The position numbers and the translations under genes are program-made. 64,000 nucleotides of DNA. Origin: Candidatus Bathyarchaeota archaeon (lineage in GTDB: Archaea > Thermoproteota > Bathyarchaeia > 40CM-2-53-6 > DTDX01). Location of the stretch: assembly GCA_018396775.1 (NCBI GenBank), contig JAGTRF010000002.1, positions 14,069-78,068 on the forward strand, in the 5' to 3' direction. Under the pieces are notes generated by a model. That model was given only the letters and a program-made list of their open reading frames with translations, searched no databases and was not told the DNA's origin. Positions 10,251 through 20,123 of this stretch are shown here, piece after piece (position 1 is the stretch's first letter; every line of letters starts with the position of its first letter).

Positions 10251-12978
10251 TAGCGAGTATGAGTTTAAACCTTGGTGGATTCAACATCCTAAGCTTAGCA
10301 CCTTACTAAGTTTTCCATTATACGTTACAACTAGAGAGTATCGAAGATGGAGAAATGCTAAGTTAACCCCTAGAAAGCTTCAAAAATTAATTAAAGAGCT
10401 TGATAAAAACTATCCATCTAAAAGAGAAAAGCTTGTTGGAAGAGATAAAGAATATGAGCTTATAATGTCTAGCATAACATTTCATGTAGTTCAAGAGAAA
10501 TGCATAAAAGAACTGCTTAAAGATGCTTCGCCACCAAAATTTTTTATTCTTAAAGGCGCAAGTGGAACTGGAAAATCTTTGCTGGCTGAAGTATGCATTA
10601 GAGAGGGCGTTTTACATGGTATAAGAAATGGTGTAAACGTTCAACCAATTTTTGTTAAGGGACCTGAAGTTTTTGATCCTCTTTATGGGCAATCAGCTAG
10701 GAATTTAATGGCTATTTTTGATAAAGCTTTTAATACACCAAGCATAATTTTCATAGATGAGTTTGAAAGCTTCGCTAAAAAAGTGGATACAGCTAAAGCT
10801 GCAAGAGTAGCTGAAATGGAAGATTTAAGAGTTCAAAGTCTTTTTATAAACAATTTAAGAAGGCTTTTAGATACACAAACAAGAACAATTTTAATAGCTG
10901 CTACAAACATGTATGAAGCTATTAGAGAAGATATAAGAAGAAGAGCTTTTACAATAGATTTAGATCAAAACATAACTAGAGAAATGCTTTTAGCTATTTT
11001 AGCTTCAGAGCTTAAAAGCCATGATTGGACATATTTAAATCCTGAAGAAGTTATGGTAACTTTAGAGAAGGGTGTAAGTATTTATAGGCAAACGCAACTA
11101 TCCCCCTTTGATATAATTGATGCTTGCAATAAAGTTAGAGAAAAGAAAATAGCGCCTATTAGAAAAAGCCTTTTTGAAAGGTTGGAGAGAAAATTAACTC
11201 AGAAAAATGAGGTTAAATATAAAGTTTCAATAGAAGATTTTGAAGCTGTAGCGAGAGAGCTTAGAGGGTATATTGAACAAGAGAAAAGCACTGAGGTTAT
11301 GAGCGCGGTTTTAAAAATAAAACCTTCAATAACCTACGATGATGTTGGAGGATTATTTAATATAAAAGAGAAAATCTTTAAAACTATTTCTTTAAGTTTA
11401 AAGCCTGAGCTTGTAAATAAGCTTGGTTGGATACCGCCTAAAGGCTTCATTCTTTGGGGGGAACCTGGATGCGGTAAAACTCATATTTCTAAAGCTATAG
11501 CTAGAGAGAATGGCGCTGAATTCTTTTATGCTCCAGCAGCTCAACTTCTTATTAACGCTAAATGGGTTGGTGAACCAGAGAAAAATGTTAGAGATTTATT
11601 TGCGATAGCTAGAAAAACCGCTCCAAGCATAATTTTCTTTGATGAATTTGATATAATAGCTGGAAAACGTAAAGGCGACCCTGTAGGCGATAGAATAACT
11701 GCTCAAATATTAACTGAGCTTGATGGGTTGCAACCTCTTGAAAACGTTATTGTTATAGCTGCTACAAATAGGCTTGAAGCTGTTGATGAAGCTGTTTTAA
11801 ATAGATTTGAACCAAACATTATAGAGGTTCCATTACCAAGGAACGATGCTGAAAGAAAAGATATAATTAAAATTCATTTAAGACATTATGTAGAGCATTT
11901 AGATCAGGAAGTTACTATTGATAACGTGCTTAAAATAATAAAAAAACATAGAATTGTTTCCCCAAGAGTTGTCGCAGAAATAATAAGGTCAGCTAACCGT
12001 TTAAGAACTCAAGAAATTATAGCTTCTTGGGAGCTTAAAAAAGGAGATGAAGCTTATAAAAGTAAAGTTTTAAAAATGTTTCATGAGGATATAAAAAGGC
12101 TTTGTGAAGTATTAAATTTAAATGAGGAAGAGTTGATTAAAAATCATGCTGAGTTAACTGGAGAAAACTATAAGGTTAAGCTTTACCATTTTGAGAAAGC
12201 TGCTCAACAACTTGAGCAGGATATTGATAAAGAATTAATGGATGTTCAAGAAAGCGCTGTTTTTGAAGAACCTGAAACTGGCGTGGCTTATGGGCTTGGA
12301 ACAGATCCCACAGGTAGAAGAGGAGTAATACTCATAGTTGAATGTGTAATAAACCCAAATGGAAATGGAAAAACTGTTGTAACTGGCGCGTCTAAATCTA
12401 CAATTATTGGTCCAACAGCTATTGAAGATACAAGCGTGATTGAAAGCGCTGTGAATGTAATTGAATATATTAAGAAATATGTTAGAGAAAAGATTGGTGA
12501 AGAAATTTCAAAATTTGATTTTATATTTGAAGTTGTTAGCCCATTAGAGGGGGCTTCTGGATTAGGAGTAAGCGGTCCAAGCTTAGGAGTAGCCTTCAGC
12601 GTAGCAGCTGTTTCAGAGCTTGCTCAAATAGAAGTTGAATCAACGGTAGTTATGACTGGAAAAGGAGATATTAAAGGAAATATTGGTCCTGTTGGGGGAG
12701 TTGGCTGGAGAGGAGCAGGAAAATTTCTTGCAGCTATAAAAACTAAAAAAATGAAAATCAACAAGTTTTTGCTTCCAAAATGGAATTATGAAAACTCTAA
12801 AGACGAATGGGAAATTTTAATAGAAAAAAACATTAACGTCATCCCCATTCAAAAACAATTAGAAGCTTGGCTTCACTCATTTAATGTTACTGAAGAAGAA
12901 TTATTAAGAAAACTTTCTATACAGCTTAAATCTTTAAAGTTTAAATCTGTAAGCTATCCTGAAGTTAAAGAAGTTTAA
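10225..12978 (+). CDS. Double classical-AAA ATPase fused to a Lon (S16) protease domain
   Basis: GASGTGKS/IIFIDE/AATN; GEPGCGKT/KWVGE/IIFFDE/AATN; C-terminal SGPSLG, MTG, PVGG...K. Confidence 0.85.
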   Translation: MSLLMKKNNSEYEFKPWWIQHPKLSTLLSFPLYVTTREYRRWRNAKLTPRKLQKLIKELDKNYPSKREKLVGRDKEYELIMSSITFHVVQEKCIKELLKDASPPKFFILKGASGTGKSLLAEVCIREGVLHGIRNGVNVQPIFVKGPEVFDPLYGQSARNLMAIFDKAFNTPSIIFIDEFESFAKKVDTAKAARVAEMEDLRVQSLFINNLRRLLDTQTRTILIAATNMYEAIREDIRRRAFTIDLDQNITREMLLAILASELKSHDWTYLNPEEVMVTLEKGVSIYRQTQLSPFDIIDACNKVREKKIAPIRKSLFERLERKLTQKNEVKYKVSIEDFEAVARELRGYIEQEKSTEVMSAVLKIKPSITYDDVGGLFNIKEKIFKTISLSLKPELVNKLGWIPPKGFILWGEPGCGKTHISKAIARENGAEFFYAPAAQLLINAKWVGEPEKNVRDLFAIARKTAPSIIFFDEFDIIAGKRKGDPVGDRITAQILTELDGLQPLENVIVIAATNRLEAVDEAVLNRFEPNIIEVPLPRNDAERKDIIKIHLRHYVEHLDQEVTIDNVLKIIKKHRIVSPRVVAEIIRSANRLRTQEIIASWELKKGDEAYKSKVLKMFHEDIKRLCEVLNLNEEELIKNHAELTGENYKVKLYHFEKAAQQLEQDIDKELMDVQESAVFEEPETGVAYGLGTDPTGRRGVILIVECVINPNGNGKTVVTGASKSTIIGPTAIEDTSVIESAVNVIEYIKKYVREKIGEEISKFDFIFEVVSPLEGASGLGVSGPSLGVAFSVAAVSELAQIEVESTVVMTGKGDIKGNIGPVGGVGWRGAGKFLAAIKTKKMKINKFLLPKWNYENSKDEWEILIEKNINVIPIQKQLEAWLHSFNVTEEELLRKLSIQLKSLKFKSVSYPEVKEV

Positions 12979-13481
12979 AGCTTCCTAGACATTACGTAAG
13001 CATCTTCTCCATCATGATAATAGTAAACGATTCTTTGAGCAACTTCAAAACCTAGTTTTCTATAAAGATTTATTCCTGCTTCATTAGAAACTCTAACCTC
13101 TAAATAACATTCTTTAGCTTGAGCATTAACAAGCTCTTTTAATGCTTGAGTAATTAAAGAAGTTCCTATTCCTTTCCCTCTATACTCGTTAAGAACCGCT
13201 ATTGAAACAATATGACCCTTTTTAACAAGCTTAAACCTGTTAAAATCTGAGAAACCATACTCTATTCTACACATAATATATCCAACAATTTTATCTTCTG
13301 CTTCAGCCACCAAAAAAGCTTCAGGACAATTTCTATAAATATCCATAAAAAAATTAAATGTATAATTTTCAGGGAGGCATCTTCTATTTATTTCAATTAC
13401 AGCATTTAAATCACTTGGGTTGAATCTTCTAATAATAAACTTCTGCATTGTAACCATTTTTACCAAATCCCAACTCTGCAA
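12975..13481 (-). CDS. ard1: N-alpha-acetyltransferase, Ard1/RimI family
   Basis: LPENY, GHIVSIAV, YRGKGIG, LEVRVSN, YYHDGEDA. Confidence 0.9.
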   Translation of the reverse strand: MQSWDLVKMVTMQKFIIRRFNPSDLNAVIEINRRCLPENYTFNFFMDIYRNCPEAFLVAEAEDKIVGYIMCRIEYGFSDFNRFKLVKKGHIVSIAVLNEYRGKGIGTSLITQALKELVNAQAKECYLEVRVSNEAGINLYRKLGFEVAQRIVYYYHDGEDAYVMSRKL

Positions 13482-13612
13482 GCTATAACTTACATTTAAT
13501 TAAATCTTCGTTTTATAAGCTTTTAAACTAATCTTTATGTCTTTAATAATAATGTTTAAATTTTAATAAAAAATAAGTTAATATAAGATTAATTTTGTAA
13601 GGATGAATTAAA

Positions 13613-14740
13613 ATGGGTTTAAATTATTCAGAAATCGTTTACCCTTATTCATTTTCTGAATTAAAAGCTTTAGTTTCTTCTAGATTTACTGTTTTAGACT
13701 CATATATAGATGAAAGAGGTACTCCAAACTTTGTTATTTCACCTAAAGTAAACAAAGAGAATTTTAAACAAATGTCTAAAGAGTTGATGAAGCTTAACTT
13801 GATCCCATTTTTAAGGAAGAATGGTGATCGCTATGTTATAAAAGTTTTTTTGAAATTTTTAGAGAAAAGAAGGAAAAATAACATTTTAAATGTTATTCTT
13901 TTAATCGCAACTTTAGGAACAATATTTTTAGCTGGTTATTATAGTTTCATCAATACTCCTGTATTAAAAGATATTTTAATGAAGGGTGAAAATGCTTTTC
14001 TTCAAGCAGGTTTATTTACTCTCTCGCTCTTCGCTATAATTGGATTGCATGAATCAGGTCATATGATTGCTTGTAAAATTCATGGATTAGAGTTCTCTTT
14101 ACCATATTTTATTCCCGGGCCTCCCCCATTCGGGACTTTTGGAGCAATAGTCTCATTAAAATCTCCTCCAACAAATCGAGATGAGCTTTTCGATATAGGG
14201 TTTGCCGGTCCTATAGCAGGTTTTATAGCTACAACAATTGTGGCAATATTAAGTTTTAAGTTGGGTTTTCTCGTTCCTGAAACTGATGTGTCTGTTTGGG
14301 AAAAGCAAAAATTAGTTCAAAGCATAAGTTGGCCAAGATCGCCTTTACTATTTGAAGTTCTTTTACCTTTTATACGTCAAATTCCTCAAGGTTTTAGGCT
14401 TGTTTTAACTCAAATAGAATTCGCTGCTTGGGTTGGTGCTTTATTAACATTCCTAAACATTCTTCCAATATGGCAGCTTGATGGTGGACATGTTTCTAGA
14501 GCTATTTTTGGCGCTTCAAAACATAAAATCGCTTCTATAATTGGGTTAATTATATTGATTTTCTCAGGATACTGGTTTTTTGCTTTATTTCTTTTGTTAT
14601 GGATGTTTGGAGGTGGACGTGGAACAGCAGGAGCTGAACCATTAGATGATATTTCTCCATTAAGCAGCTCTAGAAAAATTCTTTATTTCCTTTCTTTAGT
14701 TATGCTTATGCTCTGTTTTATAGCTTTTCCTTCATTATAA
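13613..14740 (+). CDS. Site-2 protease (M50) membrane metalloprotease
   Basis: HESGH, AGP and NILPIWQLDGGH motifs. Confidence 0.92.
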   Translation: MGLNYSEIVYPYSFSELKALVSSRFTVLDSYIDERGTPNFVISPKVNKENFKQMSKELMKLNLIPFLRKNGDRYVIKVFLKFLEKRRKNNILNVILLIATLGTIFLAGYYSFINTPVLKDILMKGENAFLQAGLFTLSLFAIIGLHESGHMIACKIHGLEFSLPYFIPGPPPFGTFGAIVSLKSPPTNRDELFDIGFAGPIAGFIATTIVAILSFKLGFLVPETDVSVWEKQKLVQSISWPRSPLLFEVLLPFIRQIPQGFRLVLTQIEFAAWVGALLTFLNILPIWQLDGGHVSRAIFGASKHKIASIIGLIILIFSGYWFFALFLLLWMFGGGRGTAGAEPLDDISPLSSSRKILYFLSLVMLMLCFIAFPSL

Positions 14741-14790
14741 AAAATGATTTTTTTAACATAAAACAAGAAATAAAATAGATTAAATTTGGA

Positions 14791-15036
14791 GTGAGTGTAT
14801 TGAAAGAAAAATCAGCAGTTGTTTATATGCTTATAGGAACTCAAGCCGGAAAAGAACGTGAAGTTGCTAAAGAAGTGAAAAAATTTCCAGGAGTAACTGA
14901 AGCAAAAATTGTTTATGGAGAATACGATGTAATAGTTAGAATTGAGCTTAATGATTTTTCAATCTTAAGCGAAACCGTAACATTGATTAGAAGAATTTCT
15001 GGAATAGTTAAAACTGCAACTTTAATTTCAGCTTAA
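14791..15036 (+). CDS. Stand-alone Lrp/AsnC ligand-binding (RAM) domain protein
   Basis: VYGEYDVIVRIE; 81 aa. Confidence 0.85.
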   Translation: MSVLKEKSAVVYMLIGTQAGKEREVAKEVKKFPGVTEAKIVYGEYDVIVRIELNDFSILSETVTLIRRISGIVKTATLISA

Positions 15037-15125
15037 ACTTTCACTTAGTTTGCTTATAACATTTTATTGAAAGGAAAGATTTAAGTAAAAGCATCTTAAC
15101 TTTAATTAATAGGGGGTTAAAAGTT

Positions 15126-15404
15126 TTGGCTTTTATTGGACCTTGGGAAATAGCTTTAATTTTAGCCATAGTTTTAATCTTATTTGGGGGGAAAAAGCTT
15201 CCTGAGCTTGCAAGATCGATTGGCGACTCAATAAGACAGTATAAAAAGGCTGTTGAAGGAGTTGAACCTAAAAAAAACGAGAGGGAAAGCATTTTAGAAG
15301 CTGCTGAAAAACTTGGTATAGATACTAGAGGTAAAAGCGTAGAAGAAATCGCTACGGAAATAACCCAGAAAATTAAGGAAGAAGATAAACAAGCAAAAAA
15401 TTAA
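15126..15404 (+). CDS. tatA: Twin-arginine translocase TatA
   Basis: IGPWEIALILAIVLILFGGKKLPELARSIG. Confidence 0.93.
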   Translation: MAFIGPWEIALILAIVLILFGGKKLPELARSIGDSIRQYKKAVEGVEPKKNERESILEAAEKLGIDTRGKSVEEIATEITQKIKEEDKQAKN

Positions 15405-15604
15405 AGCTGCTTATTTAAATCGCTTATAATCTGCTTAATTTTTCTTGAAGCTTGAATTTCAACCTCTTCAGGTTCCATGCTAAGTTTTCTTCCGCAATTA
15501 GGGCAAACTCCATTATATCTTTTAACTGTTTCAATTGGAGGTTCAGGTTCAAAACCTCTATATAATATAGTGCCGCAACGCGAGCAAACTGTTTCTTGAG
15601 GCAA
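15401..15604 (-). CDS. Small zinc-ribbon protein
   Basis: CSRCG...CPNCGRKL; GGTGG upstream. Confidence 0.75.
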   Translation of the reverse strand: MPQETVCSRCGTILYRGFEPEPPIETVKRYNGVCPNCGRKLSMEPEEVEIQASRKIKQIISDLNKQL

Positions 15605-15789
15605 GCTTATCCACCAGAATTCTTCTAAGTTTACTTCTAAAAAGCTATGTAAATTTAACCTTTTTTAACCTTCTTTAATTATTTTTGTAAAAATTGATTT
15701 ATGTAAAAAAACCTTTATTATAAGCCGGCTCTGTATTTTTAAGAAAAATTTATTTCTTATTCTTCTTAAAATTTATTGGAGGTGAAATT

Positions 15790-16110
15790 TTGCTTCAAGA
15801 ATTATATCTAGCGCCTGTAACTTTCAATTTTAAGGTCAGAAGAGGAGCTAAGCAAATTTGCATTGAATGCTTTTGGTTAGGGGCAGGTTCAATTGAAATA
15901 AAAATTCAAGCCTTAAATAAAGTTTATACAGAAAAAGATATGAAAGTTATTGAAAAAACAACAATACATGCATCAGGTTTAACTGTAGAATATCAATGCT
16001 ATAAAAAATGCTTGCTTTCAATACCTTCTATAGCTGAAGATGAATTTTGGAGATTAGAGTTAACATTATTAGGTGTTTCTGAATATCAGCTAGCTATTGA
16101 AATCTCATAA
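15790..16110 (+). CDS. Hypothetical protein
   Basis: Strong GGAGGTGA RBS; 106 aa. Confidence 0.6.
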   Translation: MLQELYLAPVTFNFKVRRGAKQICIECFWLGAGSIEIKIQALNKVYTEKDMKVIEKTTIHASGLTVEYQCYKKCLLSIPSIAEDEFWRLELTLLGVSEYQLAIEIS

Positions 16111-16130
16111 AAGCTTCTGCGGTAAAAGCG

Positions 16131-16490
16131 ATGAAAATAAATGTTTCATGCAATCTTAAAGCTTTTAGAAAATTTTTAATACTAAATGTTTGTCAAAGCT
16201 TTATTCCAAATGAATGGAAAGTTAATGATGAAATTTTCCCTGAAAAAATTGGGAAAGAAGGAAGCATAATTATTGAAGCAAAATATAAAGAAACTGTTGG
16301 AGTTATTAAAGGAATGAAATTTAGTAAAGTGAAGGAAATTTTAAAAATAGTTTATAACTCTAAAAGTGGTAGAACCAAGTTAACTTGGGTTAAAGTAAAA
16401 GGGAATGAAGGTAAATTAATTGGAGACGCAAGCGTTAACAGCGTTGTTAACCTAGCTTTAGCAGGAATTATTAAATCAGTTGAAGCTTAA
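16131..16490 (+). CDS. Hypothetical protein
   Basis: ORF with operon-like spacing. Confidence 0.6.
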   Translation: MKINVSCNLKAFRKFLILNVCQSFIPNEWKVNDEIFPEKIGKEGSIIIEAKYKETVGVIKGMKFSKVKEILKIVYNSKSGRTKLTWVKVKGNEGKLIGDASVNSVVNLALAGIIKSVEA

Positions 16491-16492
16491 AA

Positions 16493-17161
16493 TTGTTTAG
16501 AAAAAACTTTTTGCTATCTCTTTTAAAGCAAACTAAAGAAGATAAAGCTGTAAAACCACTTGATGGTTTTAGCAAGGCTGAAATTAATGAAGCTTGCAAA
16601 AAAGGTTTAATAGAATTTAGCGATGGAAAAATATTTGTTAACTCTTTAAACCGTTTAAAGATCGCCGTTGAAGCTATAAACCTTGGCGTTGATTTTGAAA
16701 AAGTTTGTCGATTGCTAGATTGGAAGGAATTTGAAGAATTCAGCTCTATAATTCTCGAGCATAATGGTTATTTAACGTTTAAAAAGTTTATTTTTAAAGA
16801 AGGAAAAGGTAAAAGATGGGAAATTGATGTTTTAGGCGTTAAAAACTCAGTAATTTTATGTTTAGATTGTAAAGGATGGCGTTATGGTTGGTATAAAAGC
16901 AAGCTTTCTTCAGCTGCTGAAAAACATTTTGAAAGAGTTAAAGCTTTAAGTAAAGAATTGCCTAATTTAGCTTTAAAATTAAGGATTAAAAGAAATGAAA
17001 GCTTTATAATTTTGCCCTTATTAATCACTTTAGCTGATGTTTCATATAAAAATATTAATGGCTCGCTTATAGTTTCAATTTTAAGGTTTAAAAGCTTTCT
17101 TTATGAGTTGCCTGAAATAATTTATAGCGAATCTAACTTATTAATTAAAGCTTTAAGCTAA
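16493..17161 (+). CDS. PD-(D/E)xK nuclease, Mrr/NERD-like
   Basis: WKEFE...EIDVLG...CLDCK. Confidence 0.75.
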   Translation: MFRKNFLLSLLKQTKEDKAVKPLDGFSKAEINEACKKGLIEFSDGKIFVNSLNRLKIAVEAINLGVDFEKVCRLLDWKEFEEFSSIILEHNGYLTFKKFIFKEGKGKRWEIDVLGVKNSVILCLDCKGWRYGWYKSKLSSAAEKHFERVKALSKELPNLALKLRIKRNESFIILPLLITLADVSYKNINGSLIVSILRFKSFLYELPEIIYSESNLLIKALS

Positions 17162-17162
17162 T

Positions 17163-17756
17163 TTAAACTTGAAATCTATATTCAAAATTATAATAGTTTC
17201 TTGTTTTTTTAGCTAAACTATAGCCAATTATTAATCCAGCTGCTAAACCTCCAAAATGAGCAAACAAATTTACACCTGCTCCAGCATTTATTAAAAACAA
17301 GTAAAATGAATAAATTAAAGCGCTTAAAATAGGTTGATTCATAGTTTTTCTCATATACATTATTGAGGCGCCGAAAAGACCGAAAATAGCTCCTGAAGCT
17401 CCAACTGATACAACATTAGAGCCCATTAATAAAGTTAACAAGTTGCCTATAAAACCTGAGCTAAAATATATAAATAAGTAAATTTTCTTCGAAAATAATT
17501 CTTCAGCTTTAAAACCGAAAAAAGCTAAAAATAATGAGTTTCCTAAAACATGAAGAAGATTAGCGTGAACAAATATTGAAGTGAAAAGCTGCCAGAGCCA
17601 ACCTTCATAAACAAATAGATTGTATTGGCCATAAATTGCAAGCAACTCATAATTTATAATTAAAATGTTTCTGCTTGAGAAAGCTAGAAAAGCGTAAATT
17701 ATTAAATTAATTGTAATTAACAGTGAAGTTAGCTTTCCTAATATTTCAAGAGACAA
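17163..17756 (-). CDS. Rhomboid intramembrane serine protease
   Basis: HANLLHVLGN, GASGAIFG, AHFGG. Confidence 0.92.
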   Translation of the reverse strand: MSLEILGKLTSLLITINLIIYAFLAFSSRNILIINYELLAIYGQYNLFVYEGWLWQLFTSIFVHANLLHVLGNSLFLAFFGFKAEELFSKKIYLFIYFSSGFIGNLLTLLMGSNVVSVGASGAIFGLFGASIMYMRKTMNQPILSALIYSFYLFLINAGAGVNLFAHFGGLAAGLIIGYSLAKKTRNYYNFEYRFQV

Positions 17757-17835
17757 TTTTTTATTTAACCTCTAAAGGAAGCTAATATTTATTTGCAGCT
17801 TAATAATTTTTCTAAGCTTTAAAGAGGGATGAAAA

Positions 17836-19080
17836 ATGAGTGCAAAAGCTATTTTTGTGATTTGCGATGGAATGGGAGATAGGCCTGTTAAAGAGCATGG
17901 TTATAAAACTCCCCTGGAAGCTGCGAATACACCGCATTTAGATAAGCTGGCTGAAGAAGGGTTAATTGGGTTAATGGATCCTGTAAGCCCAGGAGTTAGA
18001 CCTGGAAGCGATGTAGCTCACCTAGCTATTTTAGGTTATAATCCTTATGAATGTTATGCTGGTAGAGGAAGCTTAGAAGCTGCTGGAGCTGGAATAACGC
18101 TTAAACCTGGCGATATAGCTTTTAGAGCAAACTTCGCTACTGCAACTGAAGATTTAACAATTGTGGATAGAAGAGCTGGAAGAATAAAAACTGGAACTAA
18201 AGAGTTAACTGAAGCATTAAATCAAATAAAAATTGAAAGCGTTAACGATGTTTCAATAGAGTTTTATCCAACTATTGAGCATAGAGGTGTTTTAATTCTT
18301 CGCGGAGAAAAGCTTTCTAGAAATGTATCAGATACAGATCCTCATGCAACTGGTGTTAAACCATTAAAATCTAAACCTTTAGATAATAGTGTTGAAGCTG
18401 AAAGAACAGCTAAAGCTTTAAACGAGTTTACTGAAAAATCCTTTCATATGCTTAAAAATCATCAAGTAAACTTGAATAGAGTTAAGGCAGGAGAAAAACC
18501 TGCAAACATAATTTTATCTAGAGGCGCCGGCTCATATTTTAAGCTTGAAACTTTGCAAGATAAATATGGAATTAAAACTGCTGCAATAGCTGGTGTAGCT
18601 TTAGTTAAAGGAGTTTGCCGAATAGTTGGAATGGATATATTAAATGTTGAAGGTGCTACTGGGGGATTAAACACTAATTTTAATGGTAAAGCTGATGAGG
18701 CAGCTAAAGCTATTAAACAATATGACTTTGTTTTACTTCATGTTAAAGCTACAGATGTGGCTGGACATGATGGAAACTTTGAAGCTAAAATTGAAGCTAT
18801 AGAAAATATAGATAAAATGATTGATAGATTAATAAAGCAATTAGATTTAAATGAAACATACATAACTGTTACTGCAGATCATTGCACTCCAGTAAATTTT
18901 AAAGACCATTCAGGCGACCCTGTTCCAATCTTAATTCATGGACCTGAAGTTTTCCATAGTGGAATTAAAAAATTCTGCGAAAAAACAGCTTCTCAAGGAA
19001 ACTTATGTAGAATAAAAGGAGCAGATATAATGGCTATCCTAACAAATTATATGGGTGTATCAAAGAAATTTGGTTATTGA
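17836..19080 (+). CDS. apgM: 2,3-BPG-independent phosphoglycerate mutase
   Basis: DGMGDRP, PGSDVAH, DVAGHDG, TADH. Confidence 0.93.
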   Translation: MSAKAIFVICDGMGDRPVKEHGYKTPLEAANTPHLDKLAEEGLIGLMDPVSPGVRPGSDVAHLAILGYNPYECYAGRGSLEAAGAGITLKPGDIAFRANFATATEDLTIVDRRAGRIKTGTKELTEALNQIKIESVNDVSIEFYPTIEHRGVLILRGEKLSRNVSDTDPHATGVKPLKSKPLDNSVEAERTAKALNEFTEKSFHMLKNHQVNLNRVKAGEKPANIILSRGAGSYFKLETLQDKYGIKTAAIAGVALVKGVCRIVGMDILNVEGATGGLNTNFNGKADEAAKAIKQYDFVLLHVKATDVAGHDGNFEAKIEAIENIDKMIDRLIKQLDLNETYITVTADHCTPVNFKDHSGDPVPILIHGPEVFHSGIKKFCEKTASQGNLCRIKGADIMAILTNYMGVSKKFGY

Positions 19081-19089
19081 TGAAAAACA

Positions 19090-20109
19090 ATGGAAAATTT
19101 AATTGAAACTAAAAACAATTTAATTTTACCAAGTAAAATCAGAGTTTCCATCGGTTCAGCGATATTAATTGGATTAAAAAAAGGTTTTATAAATGCCCTT
19201 CCAGAAACAATTTATTTAATGACTTTTCATGAAGGGAAATGCCTTGCTAACTGCGGTTTTTGCGCTCAAGCAAGAGAAAGTAAAACTGATTTAAACCATT
19301 TATCTAGAGTAGCTTGGCCTATTTTTGAAACAGAAAAAGTTTTAAATAAAATAGAGGAATCCCTGAAAAAAGCGAAACGAATTTGCATTCAAGCATTAAA
19401 TTACCCTAATTCTTTTAATGATGTTGCAAGCTTAGCAAAAGCATTAAGAAAATTTAATATTCCTATATCTATTTCATGTCAACCTTTTAATGAAACGCAA
19501 TTCCATATGTTAAAAGTTATTGGCGTAGATAAAATCTCTATACCATTAGATGCATCTACAAAAGAAATTTTTGAAGAAGTTAAAGGTTTAAAAAGAAAAA
19601 GCCCATACATTTGGGAAGCCCATTTTGAAGCTTTAAAAAAAGCTGTTAAAATATTTGGTGAAGGAAACGTTACAACGCATTTAATTTTAGGTTTAGGAGA
19701 AACTGAACGTGACGTTTGTTTTTTAACCCAAAAATTAACTGATATAGGTGTTAACATAGCTTTATTCGCTTTAACACCTATAAAAGGCACGTTTCTAGAA
19801 AACTTTAAATCCCCTTCAATAAACTATTATCGAAAAGCTCAATTAGCTAGACATCTAATTGTTAACCGTTATATTAAATTTAGTAAAATTAAATTTAATG
19901 AAAAAGGAGAAATAATTGATTTAGGTTTACCTAAAAAAGAATTGCTAAAGATAACTCTATCTGGGAAACCGTTTTTAACTTCAGGATGCCCAAATTGCAA
20001 TCGACCATATTATAATGAAAAAGTTTCAGGCCCAATATATAATTTCCCTAAAGCTTTAACAGAAAAAGAAATAAATGAGGTTTTATACTCATTAACATCT
20101 ATTCTTTAA
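19090..20109 (+). CDS. lipS2: Archaeal lipoyl synthase subunit LipS2
   Basis: CLANCGFC plus TSGCPNCNRP motif; next to lipoate ligase. Confidence 0.82.
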   Translation: MENLIETKNNLILPSKIRVSIGSAILIGLKKGFINALPETIYLMTFHEGKCLANCGFCAQARESKTDLNHLSRVAWPIFETEKVLNKIEESLKKAKRICIQALNYPNSFNDVASLAKALRKFNIPISISCQPFNETQFHMLKVIGVDKISIPLDASTKEIFEEVKGLKRKSPYIWEAHFEALKKAVKIFGEGNVTTHLILGLGETERDVCFLTQKLTDIGVNIALFALTPIKGTFLENFKSPSINYYRKAQLARHLIVNRYIKFSKIKFNEKGEIIDLGLPKKELLKITLSGKPFLTSGCPNCNRPYYNEKVSGPIYNFPKALTEKEINEVLYSLTSIL

Positions 20110-20123
20110 AGGGAGGTCGGTTT

